This document shows positions 38,593 through 46,494 of a stretch of 64,000 nt of DNA, one piece after another. The DNA lies in the NCBI GenBank assembly GCA_963717005.1, contig OY970324.1, positions 849,937 through 913,936 of the forward strand, given 5' to 3'. A program made the translations under genes and the position numbers. The stretch comes from an uncultured delta proteobacterium (lineage in GTDB: Bacteria > Desulfobacterota > Binatia > Binatales > Binataceae). Position 1 is the first letter of the stretch, and each line of letters starts with the position of its first letter. The notes under the pieces were generated by a model. It was not told the DNA's origin, searched no databases, and was given only the letters and a program-made list of their open reading frames with translations.

Positions 38593-39396
38593 TCAGTGCG
38601 GTGCGGAGGTCACCTGTCCCCGCGCGATTATCTCCGCGGCGAGCGCGCGATAACCCTCCGCGCCCGCCGACTTCGGCTCGTATTCGAGCACCGACAATCC
38701 ATGACTCGGGCTCTCCGACATCCGCACGCTGCGCGGAATCACGCTGCGAAAAACCTTTTCAGGGAAATGCCTTCTTACCTCATCGGAGATTTCATGGCTG
38801 AGACGATTGCGCGAATCGAACATCGTGAGCACCAGGCCCTCGAGCTCGAGCGCCGGCCTCAGCGCCGTCTTGACCTTGTTGATCGTGCCGAGCAACGAGT
38901 TCAGCCCCTCGAGCGCGTAGTACTCGCATTGCATCGGCACCAGCACACTGTCCGCCGCTACCAGCGCATTCAAAGTGAGAATCCCGAGCGAGGGCGGCGT
39001 GTCTATTAGAACATAGTTATATTCCGCTCTCAGCGGCTCCAGGAGCGCTCGCAGGCGTCGCTCGCGTCCCTCCATCGTCACCAGCTCGATCTCGGCGCCG
39101 ACCAGGTCGTCGCCCGCCGGCGCCAGCGCCAACGTCGGCCGCACCTGCCGCAGGATTTCCGCCATCGCCGGCCCGCCGACCAGCGCCTGGTAGATAGTCT
39201 TGCCCTCGCGACGAGCGGCGCTCACGTCTTCCGGCGTGCTGATTCCCGAAGTGGCGTTGCCCTGCGGGTCGAGATCGACCAGCAGCACGCGACAGCTAGC
39301 CTCGGCCAGCGCGACCGCGAGATTGATAGCCGTCGTAGTCTTACCGACGCCGCCTTTCTGATTTGCGATTGCGATTACCCGCCCCACGACAACCAC
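38593..39396 (-). CDS. parA: chromosome partitioning ATPase ParA/Soj
   Basis: KGGVGKTTTAINLA deviant Walker A. Confidence 0.85.
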   Translation of the reverse strand: MVVVGRVIAIANQKGGVGKTTTAINLAVALAEASCRVLLVDLDPQGNATSGISTPEDVSAARREGKTIYQALVGGPAMAEILRQVRPTLALAPAGDDLVGAEIELVTMEGRERRLRALLEPLRAEYNYVLIDTPPSLGILTLNALVAADSVLVPMQCEYYALEGLNSLLGTINKVKTALRPALELEGLVLTMFDSRNRLSHEISDEVRRHFPEKVFRSVIPRSVRMSESPSHGLSVLEYEPKSAGAEGYRALAAEIIARGQVTSAPH

Positions 39397-39422
39397 CTCA
39401 ACCCGAGCGCGCCGACTAGCGT

Positions 39423-39436
39423 TTCACCTGAAACAT
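39423..39436. promoter_or_regulatory. degenerate parS (GTTTCACcTGAAAC, 13/14)
   Basis: One mismatch to canonical core. Confidence 0.5.
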
Positions 39437-39536
39437 CGGGGCCCGACAATCATTAAATCCCCGCGATCGCAAAAGGTCAAATCGCACGATCACATTCGCA
39501 CAAGCACTTGAATTATCAAGCTTTTCTAGCAGGAAC

Positions 39537-39550
39537 GTTTCACGTGAAAC
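39537..39550. promoter_or_regulatory. parS site GTTTCACGTGAAAC
   Basis: Perfect 14-bp core within cGTTTCACGTGAAACg. Confidence 0.8.
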
Positions 39551-39585
39551 GTCAATATGAGCAGCGTAAGGTAGGTCAGGAACGG

Positions 39586-39690
39586 AACCTGAGAGCAAAA
39601 TGGCGTCCTCGCCATTTTGCGATTAGTACTGGGTGCAGGGGTCACCCCTGCCCAAGGAGGTGTGGAACCCAGGAGGGGTTCCACATTCAG
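39586..39690 (+). repeat. composite interspersed repeat A-B-C
   Basis: aacctgagagcaaaatggcgtcctcgccattttgcgattagtactgggtgcaggggtcacccctgcccaaggaggtgtggaacccaggaggggttccacatt. Confidence 0.7.
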
Positions 39691-40445
39691 CGGCGAATCC
39701 AGACCGCGATCGCGCGATGCATCAGCTGCTTGCCGTGGCGCAAATCGTAGCCCGAGATTGTCCCCTCGACCAGGCCCGCGGATGCCGCTTTGGCGTGAGC
39801 CACGTCGTCGAACTTCTGGTCGGCGCTGACGTAGAGCATCAGCACGCCCTCGCGATGCAACCCGCGGCCCGCGATCTCGAAAAGAGCGCCCGGATTCGCA
39901 ACCGCGCGCGAAGTTACGAGGTCGAAGCTGTCCGGTGCATCGAGCGATTCGGCCCGCGCGCATTCCACGCGAACGTTTTGCAGGCCCATCTCGATTGCCG
40001 CCTCGGTCAGGTAGGTCGCGCGCTTGCGGCGCGCCTCGACCAGCGTCACATTAACGTTGAGCGCCGCCGCTATCACCAGTCCGGGAAAGCCGGCGCCGCT
40101 GCCGATATCGAGCATCCGATGGGTCCGGCCGAGACGAAGGATCTTCGAGCTGGCCGCGATTGATATCGGGATAATACTGTCGAAGACGTGGAACACTATC
40201 TCGTCGGGGTCGCGCGGATGCGCCGTGAGATTGATCTTCGGCCCCCACACGGCGAGCGTCGCCGCCATCCGCTCGATCCGGCCAAGGAACTCGTGCGTGT
40301 TGGCGACCACTCCCAGCGGCGCGATTGCGGGCGCGAGCTGTGCGCGCACCTCGGCGGCGATCTGCTCCGGCGTCAGAACCTTCTTCCTGGGTGCCGCCTT
40401 GGCCGTTCGTTTCTTCGGTGGCTTGGGCTTGCTCTTAGGTTTCAC
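39687..40445 (-). CDS. rsmG: 16S rRNA (guanine527-N7)-methyltransferase RsmG/GidB
   Basis: GSGAGFPGLVIAA SAM motif. Lys-rich N-terminal extension and GTG start lying inside a parS site make the true start uncertain. Confidence 0.75.
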   Translation of the reverse strand: MKPKSKPKPPKKRTAKAAPRKKVLTPEQIAAEVRAQLAPAIAPLGVVANTHEFLGRIERMAATLAVWGPKINLTAHPRDPDEIVFHVFDSIIPISIAASSKILRLGRTHRMLDIGSGAGFPGLVIAAALNVNVTLVEARRKRATYLTEAAIEMGLQNVRVECARAESLDAPDSFDLVTSRAVANPGALFEIAGRGLHREGVLMLYVSADQKFDDVAHAKAASAGLVEGTISGYDLRHGKQLMHRAIAVWIRR

Positions 40446-40452
40446 GTGAAAC
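40439..40452. promoter_or_regulatory. parS site GTTTCACGTGAAAC
   Basis: Perfect core. Confidence 0.8.
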
Positions 40453-40503
40453 GTCGGCAGTGAAAAGTTAAGTAGCTGATATTATTAAAGAATCGTGCAA
40501 AAA

Positions 40504-40517
40504 CGTTTCACGTGAAA
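40504..40517. promoter_or_regulatory. parS site GTTTCACGTGAAAC
   Basis: Perfect core. Confidence 0.8.
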
Positions 40518-40519
40518 CG

Positions 40520-42397
40520 TTAGATCGCGTGCGCATTCCTACCGCGCCGGCTCTTGATATGGACCGCCAGAATCGAGATTGCCGCGGGCGTTACCCCAGG
40601 CATCCGGGCCGCCTGCCCCAGCGATCGCGGCCGCACCGCGCATAGCCGTTCCGAAACCTCGGTCGAAAGGCCCACCACGCCCTTGAAATCCACCCAGTCC
40701 GGAATCGTCGTGTCTTCGAGGCGCGCGAACCGCTCGACCGCCTCCGCCTGCCGCCGGACGTAGCCCTCGTACTTGATTTCGGTCTCGAGTTCGGCGGCTT
40801 CGTCGAGGTTCAGCGTCGTCGCGACGCCGCTCATCTTGAGCAGAGCGTCGTAGCCGATTTCGGGGCGCTTGAGCAGCTCGATCGCGCGCACCGGCTGCGC
40901 GATAGGCGTCGAGCCGTGCGCTTCGATTGCCGCATTGATTTCGTCGGACGCCGGTATCAGCGCCATCTTGAGCCGCTCTATTTCGGCGCGCACCGCCTCG
41001 GTCTTGCTGCGGACGCGCGCGCCCGCCGACGCATCGAGCAGGCCCAACTGCTCGCCAATTGGCGACAGCCGGCGGTCGGCGTTGTCCTCGCGCAGCAGCA
41101 GCCGGTACTCGGCCCGCGACGTGAACATCCGGTACGGCTCGCCGCCAATCCCGCGCGTCACCAGGTCATCGATCATCACGCCGATATAGGCCTGGTCGCG
41201 CCGCAGGATCAGCGCCGGCTCGCCGCGGACCTTCAGCGCCGCGTTGATTCCCGCAATCAAACCCTGCGCGCCCGCCTCCTCGTAGCCGGTGGTGCCGTTG
41301 ATCTGGCCGGCGAAGAACAGCCCGCGCACGAGCCTGGTCTCGAGCGACGAGGTCAGCTGGGTCGGGTCCGAGAAATCGTACTCGATCGCATAGCCCGGCC
41401 GCATTATCTCGGCCTGCTCAAGCCCCACAATCGACCGCACCATCGCAAGCTGCACGTCGAGCGGCAGGCTGGTCGAAAGTCCGTTGGGATAAACCTCGAC
41501 GGTGTCGCGGCCCTCGGGCTCAAGGAAAATCTGATGGCGCGTCTTGTCCCGAAAGCGCATCACCTTGTCCTCGACCGACGGGCAGTAGCGGGGGCCCTTG
41601 CTCTGAATCACGCCTGAGTACATCGGTGAGCGGTCGATCCCGCCACGGATTATCTCGTGGGTGCGCGCGTTGGTGAAGGTCAGATGACAGGGCATCTGGG
41701 CTTGCGTGATTCGCTCGGTGCGGAACGAGAAGGGCGGCGGCGGCTCGTCGCCCGGCTGGATCTCCAACGCAGAGTAATCGATGGTGCGCGCGTCGAGCCG
41801 CGGGCAGGTGCCGGTCTTGAGGCGGCCGATGTGAAAACCCAACTGCGCGAGATGCTCGCTGAGGCCCATCGCGGCGAAATCGCCGGCGCGGCCGGCCGAG
41901 TAGTTCTTCATCCCGATATGGACGAGGCCCTTCAGGAACGTGCCGGTGGTGAGAATGACGGCCGGCGCCTCGAACACCTCGCCGATTTGCGACTCGACGC
42001 CGCGCACGGCGCCGTCCTCGACGATCAGGCGCTCGACGCTTGCCTGGCGCACCTGGAGATTGGCCGTGCGCTCGAGCACGCGCTTGCTGCGGGCGCGATA
42101 GGCGGCCTTGTCGGCCTGCGCGCGGCGGGCGCGGACGGCGGGACCCTTGCGCGTGTTCAGGAATCGAAACTGGATTCCGGTCTCGTCGGCCGCCAGGCCC
42201 ATCTCGCCGCCAAGCGCGTCGATTTCGCGGACCAGGTGGCCCTTGCCGATGCCGCCGATCGCCGGGTTGCAGGACATCTGGCCGATATGGTCGAGGTTGA
42301 GCGTGAGCATCAGGGTGCTCGCACCCATCCGGGCCGCGGCGAGCGCGGCTTCGATACCAGCATGGCCGGCGCCGACGATGATGACGTCGTAGTTCAT
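40520..42397 (-). CDS. mnmG: tRNA uridine-5-carboxymethylaminomethyl modification enzyme MnmG/GidA
   Basis: MNYDVIIVGAGHAGIEAALAAARMG FAD motif. Start moved to 42397; the 80-aa ORF-track extension runs through a repeat copy. Confidence 0.9.
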   Translation of the reverse strand: MNYDVIIVGAGHAGIEAALAAARMGASTLMLTLNLDHIGQMSCNPAIGGIGKGHLVREIDALGGEMGLAADETGIQFRFLNTRKGPAVRARRAQADKAAYRARSKRVLERTANLQVRQASVERLIVEDGAVRGVESQIGEVFEAPAVILTTGTFLKGLVHIGMKNYSAGRAGDFAAMGLSEHLAQLGFHIGRLKTGTCPRLDARTIDYSALEIQPGDEPPPPFSFRTERITQAQMPCHLTFTNARTHEIIRGGIDRSPMYSGVIQSKGPRYCPSVEDKVMRFRDKTRHQIFLEPEGRDTVEVYPNGLSTSLPLDVQLAMVRSIVGLEQAEIMRPGYAIEYDFSDPTQLTSSLETRLVRGLFFAGQINGTTGYEEAGAQGLIAGINAALKVRGEPALILRRDQAYIGVMIDDLVTRGIGGEPYRMFTSRAEYRLLLREDNADRRLSPIGEQLGLLDASAGARVRSKTEAVRAEIERLKMALIPASDEINAAIEAHGSTPIAQPVRAIELLKRPEIGYDALLKMSGVATTLNLDEAAELETEIKYEGYVRRQAEAVERFARLEDTTIPDWVDFKGVVGLSTEVSERLCAVRPRSLGQAARMPGVTPAAISILAVHIKSRRGRNAHAI

Positions 42398-42485
42398 GGC
42401 GAAGCAGCGATTATGGCCCGCGCGAGCGCCTCGCGCAAAGCGGGGAGCGTGCGCCTGAAAGTAAGAAATAAATACAATAAGATTT

Positions 42486-42676
42486 ATATGTGAAACCCGC
42501 CTGGGTTTCACGCTTCCTTGGGCATCGACACCGTCGCGGGGGTTGACCCCTGCACCCGGTGAAAAAGAAATCGCAAAATGGCGAGGACGCCATTTTGCTC
42601 TCCGGTTCTTTTTCCTGTGTCCTTCTTCCTGTGTCACTCCGTCGTTGTGTCATTCAGAGCGGAGCGAAGAATCCCG
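42486..42676 (-). repeat. composite interspersed repeat C-B-A-D (inverted orientation)
   Basis: atgtgaaacccgcctgggtttcac .. ggttgacccctgcaccc .. gcaaaatggcgaggacgccattttgc .. tgtgtcattcagagcggagcgaagaatcccgg. Confidence 0.7.
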
Positions 42677-42691
42677 GCTCTTCTCTGGAAA

Positions 42692-42946
42692 TAACCTCCC
42701 CTTGTCCGAGGGGAGGTCGGTGCGAGCCGAAGGCGAGCGCCGGGAGAGGTGCAACGCGCGCCGGCGCAGCAACGCTGATTTGCCTTTTTCCAGTGAGTTG
42801 GAAAGTGGGGCCGGTGTCTGGCGGCGGTCCAGTATCCTGGCATGCGGTTAGACGAGTCGGGGGTGGTGCGTTGTCGGGCGTTGTACCTCTCCCGGCGACA
42901 CCGCTGCGCGGCTTTCGCCGACCTCTCCTCGGACAAGGAGAGGTTA
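42692..42946 (+). repeat. MITE family 2 copy
   Basis: 31-bp TIRs intact. Confidence 0.75.
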
Positions 42947-42959
42947 GATCCAGAGTCCG

Positions 42960-44348
42960 TTATTTGCCGATGCAGAAATCCCGGAAGATTGAGTCGAGCA
43001 CATCCTCGCCGCTGACTTCGCCGGTGATTGAGCCGAGCGCGGATGCGGCGGCCATTATGTCCACCGCGACTATCTCCGGCGGCATCAGCGAGAGCGCGGA
43101 GGTGCGGGCGTGCTTGAGGGCTTCTAGAGCCATCGCGAGCGCGTCACGATGGCGCTCGCGCGAGATTGCGATTTGATCGTTGGTGGCTGGTGCGGACGGA
43201 TCGATGAGCGCGGCGATTGTTTTTGTCAGCTCAGCGCGCATCGGCAGCGCTTCGTCGGGGTCGATCGCCGAGCATCGGAGGATCGGAAGCGTCAGGCCGC
43301 GACGGCGGAGATCGTCGGCGGTGATTTCGGCGGGGAGGTCGCGCTTGTTCAGGATGGCGAGGCCGGGGCGATTGTCCGTGAGCCGGATCACTTCCAGATC
43401 CGACGGCTCGAGCGGGCGCGACGAGTCGAATATCGCAATTAGCAGGTCGGCGTCGCGCGCCGAGCGCATCGTGCGCTCGATTCCGATTTTCTCGACCGCG
43501 TCGCTCGATTCGCGGACACCGGCGGTGTCGTTGAGGACCAGTGCGTAGGGGCCGAGCTGGGCGGAGTCTTCGATCACGTCGCGGGTGGTGCCGGCGATTG
43601 CGGTGACGATGGCGCGGTCGGAGCCGAGTAGCAAATTCAGAAGACTCGACTTGCCGGCGTTGGGCTTGCCGATGATAGTGGCGCGGACCCCCTCGCGCAT
43701 CAGGAGGCCGCGGGCGAAGCTGTCGTGCAGCACGGCGACGTCGGCGATGAGGCGCTCGATTTCGGCGGCGACTTCGCGGCGCGAGGGAAGCCGGATGTCC
43801 TCGTCGGAGAAATCGATCTCCACTTCCAAGTGAGCGCGAATCGCGATGACCTGCGCGCGCATCTCGGCCACGCGCGACGAGAGCGCGCCGGAGAGTTGCG
43901 ACAAGGCGTTGGCGAGGGCGGAATCGCTGCGCGCGGCGACGAGGTCGGCGACGGCTTCGGCCTCGGCCAGATCGATACGGCCGTTGAGGAATGCGCGGCG
44001 GGTGAATTCGCCCGGATCGGCGATGCGCGCGCCGGTGGCGATTGCTATCGCGACGATGCGCCGGACGACGAATTGACCGCCGTGGCATTGGATTTCCGCA
44101 ACGTCCTCGCCGGTGAGACTCGCCGGATGAGGCATCACGACGGCGAGTGCGCGATCGATGCGTGCGCCGGTTGCGGGATCGACCACGTCGCCAAGGCGCA
44201 GCGTGCGCGGCGCGAAGCCGGCGGGATGCGTGGGACGGAAGATGGAGTCGAGGATTGCGAATGCGCGCGGGCCGGAGAGGCGGACGATGGCGACGGCGCC
44301 GAGGCCGGGTGCAGTGGCGGGGGCCACGATGGTGTCGGCGGGGTACAT
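42960..44348 (-). CDS. mnmE: tRNA modification GTPase MnmE/TrmE
   Basis: N-terminal DTIVAPATAPGLGAVAIVRLSG, G-domain GKPNAGKSSLLN, C-terminal CIGK. Confidence 0.9.
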   Translation of the reverse strand: MYPADTIVAPATAPGLGAVAIVRLSGPRAFAILDSIFRPTHPAGFAPRTLRLGDVVDPATGARIDRALAVVMPHPASLTGEDVAEIQCHGGQFVVRRIVAIAIATGARIADPGEFTRRAFLNGRIDLAEAEAVADLVAARSDSALANALSQLSGALSSRVAEMRAQVIAIRAHLEVEIDFSDEDIRLPSRREVAAEIERLIADVAVLHDSFARGLLMREGVRATIIGKPNAGKSSLLNLLLGSDRAIVTAIAGTTRDVIEDSAQLGPYALVLNDTAGVRESSDAVEKIGIERTMRSARDADLLIAIFDSSRPLEPSDLEVIRLTDNRPGLAILNKRDLPAEITADDLRRRGLTLPILRCSAIDPDEALPMRAELTKTIAALIDPSAPATNDQIAISRERHRDALAMALEALKHARTSALSLMPPEIVAVDIMAAASALGSITGEVSGEDVLDSIFRDFCIGK

Positions 44349-44368
44349 AAAAGGGGAAGAACGTATTG

Positions 44369-44494
44369 TATGTGAAACCCGCGGTGGGTTTCACGCTTCC
44401 TTGGGCAGGGGTGACCCCTGCACCCAGTGAAAAAGTGAAAAGAAATCGCAAAATGGCGAGGACGCCATTTTGCTCTCAGGTTCTTTTTCCGGAG
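44369..44494 (-). repeat. composite interspersed repeat C-B-A-(partial D)
   Basis: Near-identical to 42486-42676. Confidence 0.7.
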
Positions 44495-44515
44495 AATCCC
44501 GGCCTTTTTTGGAAA

Positions 44516-44776
44516 TAACCTCTCCTTGTCCGAGGAGAGGTCGGCGCGAGCCGAAGGCGAGCGGCGGGAGAGGTGCAGCGCGCGCCGTCGCAGCAACACT
44601 GGTTTGCCTTTTTGCCGCAAGTTGGAAAGTGGTGCTGGTTTCCGGCGGCAGCCCCAGTATCCTGGCATTGCGGTTAGACGAGTCGGGGTTGGTGCGTTGT
44701 CAGGCGTTGCACCTCTCCCGGCGATACCGCTTTTCAAGCGGCTTACGCCGACCTCTCCTCGGACAAGGAGAGGTTA
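44516..44776 (+). repeat. MITE family 2 copy
   Basis: 31-bp TIRs intact. Confidence 0.75.
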
Positions 44777-44820
44777 AGATCTGCTTGCGGGCGGGCGGGA
44801 TTACGGCGATAAGCGATCTG

Positions 44821-45093
44821 ATGAAGCTGGGGCATCTTGGGGCGGTTGTGTTGGGCGGGTGGATCCTTCTCGCGCCTTCGGTTGATTGCGCGCGGCGGGG
44901 GTTGGAGCGGGAGACGCCGCTGTCTGAGTGGGAGCGCGGGGATCATTTTGCGTCGCGAACGAGTTGCGAGGATTATCGCTCGACGGTGATCGAGGCGGAG
45001 AAGAGCGACAGCGGCAATGTTTATGTCGAGCGGTATTCGTATTCGATCTGCGTCGCGGATGACGATCCGCGGCTGAAGGAACCTAACCCCTAA
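44821..45093 (+). CDS. small hypothetical secreted protein
   Basis: Signal-peptide-like MKLGHLGAVVLGGWILLAPSVDCA; weak support. Confidence 0.2.
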   Translation: MKLGHLGAVVLGGWILLAPSVDCARRGLERETPLSEWERGDHFASRTSCEDYRSTVIEAEKSDSGNVYVERYSYSICVADDDPRLKEPNP

Positions 45094-45268
45094 CCGCGGG
45101 CGAGGTGCTTGCTCAATGGCGCGCGGTATGGTTCGATTGCGTGTTCGGGGTCGTTCCAAGTTATTATCTATCTGAAGAACTGAAAGAAGATCGCCGGAAC
45201 CAAGGACACCCGAACCTACAACGGACCTCGCCGGTCTGAATACAACCAAGTGAAGCTGGCCCCGAGCA

Positions 45269-45427
45269 ATGAAAAGGACCTACCAACCGCATAATCGACG
45301 ACGCGTGCGAACCCATGGATTTCTGGCGCGGATGGCCACGCCGGGCGGACGCAAGATACTGAAGCGCCGCCGCGCCAAGGGCCGCGTGCGGCTGGCGATC
45401 TCGATCCCGCCGAAGCAGCCGGGCTAA
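45269..45427 (+). CDS. rpmH: 50S ribosomal protein L34
   Basis: Manual translation [44 protein letters not shown]; below ORF-track size cutoff. Confidence 0.85.
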   Translation: MKRTYQPHNRRRVRTHGFLARMATPGGRKILKRRRAKGRVRLAISIPPKQPG

Positions 45428-45433
45428 CCGCCG

Positions 45434-45808
45434 GTGCGCGCGCAATTGAGCTTCGCGGCGGCCGACCGGCTGCATCGAAGCGCGGAATTTTTGCGCCTCC
45501 AGCGAAACGGCGTGCGCTTCCAGAGTCCCCATTTCGTGCTGTATGCCGGGATACTCGAGGCCGAGCCGGAGCGGTCGCGGCTGGGGGTTACGGTATCGCG
45601 CAGAATCGGCAATGCGGTGGTGCGCAACCGGGTAAAGCGGCGGGTGCGCGAGATTTTCAGGAAAGTGATTCGCGAACGGCTGCCATCGGGCACCTCGATA
45701 GTGGTGATCGCGCGCGGCGGCGCGGGTGCGCTCGAATCGGCGATTATCGGCGACGAACTTGCGATGGCGGCGCGCAATTTGAGCGGGCGAATTGCGGGGC
45801 GGAAGTGA
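45434..45808 (+). CDS. rnpA: ribonuclease P protein component
   Basis: Position after rpmH; RLxxxxxF, basic RNR-like motif VRNRVKRRVRE. Confidence 0.8.
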   Translation: MRAQLSFAAADRLHRSAEFLRLQRNGVRFQSPHFVLYAGILEAEPERSRLGVTVSRRIGNAVVRNRVKRRVREIFRKVIRERLPSGTSIVVIARGGAGALESAIIGDELAMAARNLSGRIAGRK

Positions 45809-46245
45809 TGCGGGATAACCTAACGCCTAACCCCGAAAGCTTCGGAGGCGGAATCCTGAATCGCGCGCAAAATATGCGCGCGCATTCGGAGCAGAGGCAG
45901 AATCTTGAATCGCGCGCCACAAAAGGCGCGCTGGATAAGGACCCTCACCTTCGATCCTCTCCCATTCTGGGAGAGGGGAAGACGGCGGCGGCGGCGCGGG
46001 CGGCGCGATTGGTTGCGGCGGGTGCGATCGCGATTTATCGCGCGGCTATCTCGCCGGTGATTCATGCGATCAACGGGCCGGCGTGCCGATTCGAGCCGAG
46101 TTGCTCGGTCTATGCGCGCGATGCGATCGCGGAGTACGGGATCGTGCGCGGCGGCGCGATGGCGTTGTGGCGGGTCGCGCGGTGCAATCCGATGGGTGGG
46201 CATGGGTTCGATCCGGTGCGCGGGCGCGAGGCGGGGAGGGGATGA
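45808..46245 (+). CDS. yidD: membrane protein insertion efficiency factor YidD (true start probably downstream near 46000)
   Basis: Conserved core CRFEPSCSVYARDAIAEYGIVRGGAMALWRVARCNPMGGHGFDPV. N-terminal 60 aa overlap a family-4 repeat copy. Confidence 0.6.
   Translation: MRDNLTPNPESFGGGILNRAQNMRAHSEQRQNLESRATKGALDKDPHLRSSPILGEGKTAAAARAARLVAAGAIAIYRAAISPVIHAINGPACRFEPSCSVYARDAIAEYGIVRGGAMALWRVARCNPMGGHGFDPVRGREAGRG
45830..45965 (-). repeat. interspersed repeat family 4 (inverted)
   Basis: Reverse complement matches 33005-33090. Confidence 0.6.
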
Positions 46246-46278
46246 AAAGGCTGCGCGCGCCACTATCCTGTTCCAGTG

Positions 46279-46447
46279 CCCTCTCCTTGTCCGAGGAGAG
46301 GGTTAGGGAGAGGTTCCACGCTCGCCGCCGGACGATTTTTGGAGCGGCAGCGCTACGCAGGCGTAGGTGCAATGTCTGGCGTGGTACCTCTCCCGGCGAC
46401 ACCGCTTTTCAAGCGGCTTACGCCGACCTCTCCTCGGACAAGGAGAG
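46279..46447 (+). repeat. MITE family 2, truncated copy
   Basis: Right TIR perfect, left TIR degenerate. Confidence 0.6.
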
Positions 46448-46494
46448 CTTATTAAGAAGCGGATCAGCGAACGGAACAAGAACAAGGAACTAAT

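Noticed and set aside
38323-39009. 228-aa plus-strand ORF (also 42543..42851 and 44526..44777)
   Set aside because: Read-through translations of MITE family 2 copies (SEERSARAEGERRERC.. peptides); overlap parA on the opposite strand.
42398-42637. N-terminal 80-aa extension of mnmG ORF
   Set aside because: Runs through a composite repeat copy; MnmG FAD-binding N-terminus begins at the internal MNYDVIIVGAG Met.
43231-44451. 406-aa minus-strand ORF
   Set aside because: Alternate frame over mnmE; translation is almost entirely Arg/Pro/His/Ser.
45100-45268. Possible tRNA (GGTTCGATT T-loop-like motif near 45131)
   Set aside because: No acceptor-stem complementarity or anticodon arm could be drawn; likely promoter region of rpmH.
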